DNA from: Xylographa opegraphella
Lineage: Eukaryota
Direction: 5' to 3'
Length of the DNA stretch: 64,000 nucleotides
Assembly (NCBI GenBank): GCA_022813865.1
Contig: JALDZX010000012.1
Location: forward strand, 1-64,000
The notes beneath the pieces are model-generated. The model made no database searches. It was given only the letters and a program-made list of their open reading frames with translations, and was not told where the DNA came from. Position 1 is the first letter of the stretch. Each line of letters starts with the position of its first letter. The position numbers were made by a program, and so were the translations under genes. Positions 63,820 through 64,000 of this stretch are shown in pieces.

Positions 63820-64000
63820 GTTTTACAGAGACTCTTATTGTAAATAGAAGATAAAGATCGGAAACGTCTTATGAGCCGGGTTGGAGACTCAAATATGTAG
63901 CGGAACTACGCGCGGCCTACGCCGCCTGAGCTGCCTACCATATGATGACGACTTCACTCCCAGGATGGAATCTAGCAAGTCGGAGTTTCAGCCCTCGGCC

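Noticed and set aside
63942..64000. ATGATGA as a snoRNA C box
   Set aside because: No D box or guide visible before the window ends.

Overview
Eukaryotic DNA from a filamentous ascomycete (Pezizomycotina; the exact class cannot be fixed from the sequence). Genes are interrupted by short (about 50-70 nt) GT-AG introns with CTRAY-type branch sites. About 21 intact protein genes can be built by hand: a Zn(II)2Cys6 transcription factor, NimA kinase, a cAMP-receptor-like GPCR, a GH3/PA14 beta-glucosidase, a BTB-like protein, a VWA protein, an SDR, ATG27, an IFI6/IFI27-like protein, a Ysc84/SYLF protein, a Ser/Thr-rich single-pass membrane protein, an AIM3-like proline-rich protein, CPS1/DIP2, a Tfc7-like His-phosphatase, WDR8/WRAP73, eIF2B-gamma (GCD1), a Pex22-like protein, SPT20, an orphan SET protein, 2-methylcitrate dehydratase, a Pmp20/Asp f3 peroxiredoxin and a fasciclin protein. 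Items not evident from the ORF track: (i) a frameshifted, 5'-truncated glutathionyl-hydroquinone reductase (ECM4-type GST) relic; (ii) a decayed BBC1/AIM3-type cysteine-protease-fold gene directly behind the AIM3-like gene, possibly a gene fission with loss of the 3' half; (iii) an unusually long GCD1 intron holding a candidate box C/D snoRNA with complementarity to LSU rRNA; (iv) a 16-bp intronic hairpin in the peroxiredoxin gene; (v) a GC-AG intron in CPS1 and a stop-free in-frame intron in SPT20. I found no CRISPR array, tRNA, rRNA or recognisable transposon. All family calls rest on motif recognition from memory, not database searches, and I cannot claim a novel multi-gene system.
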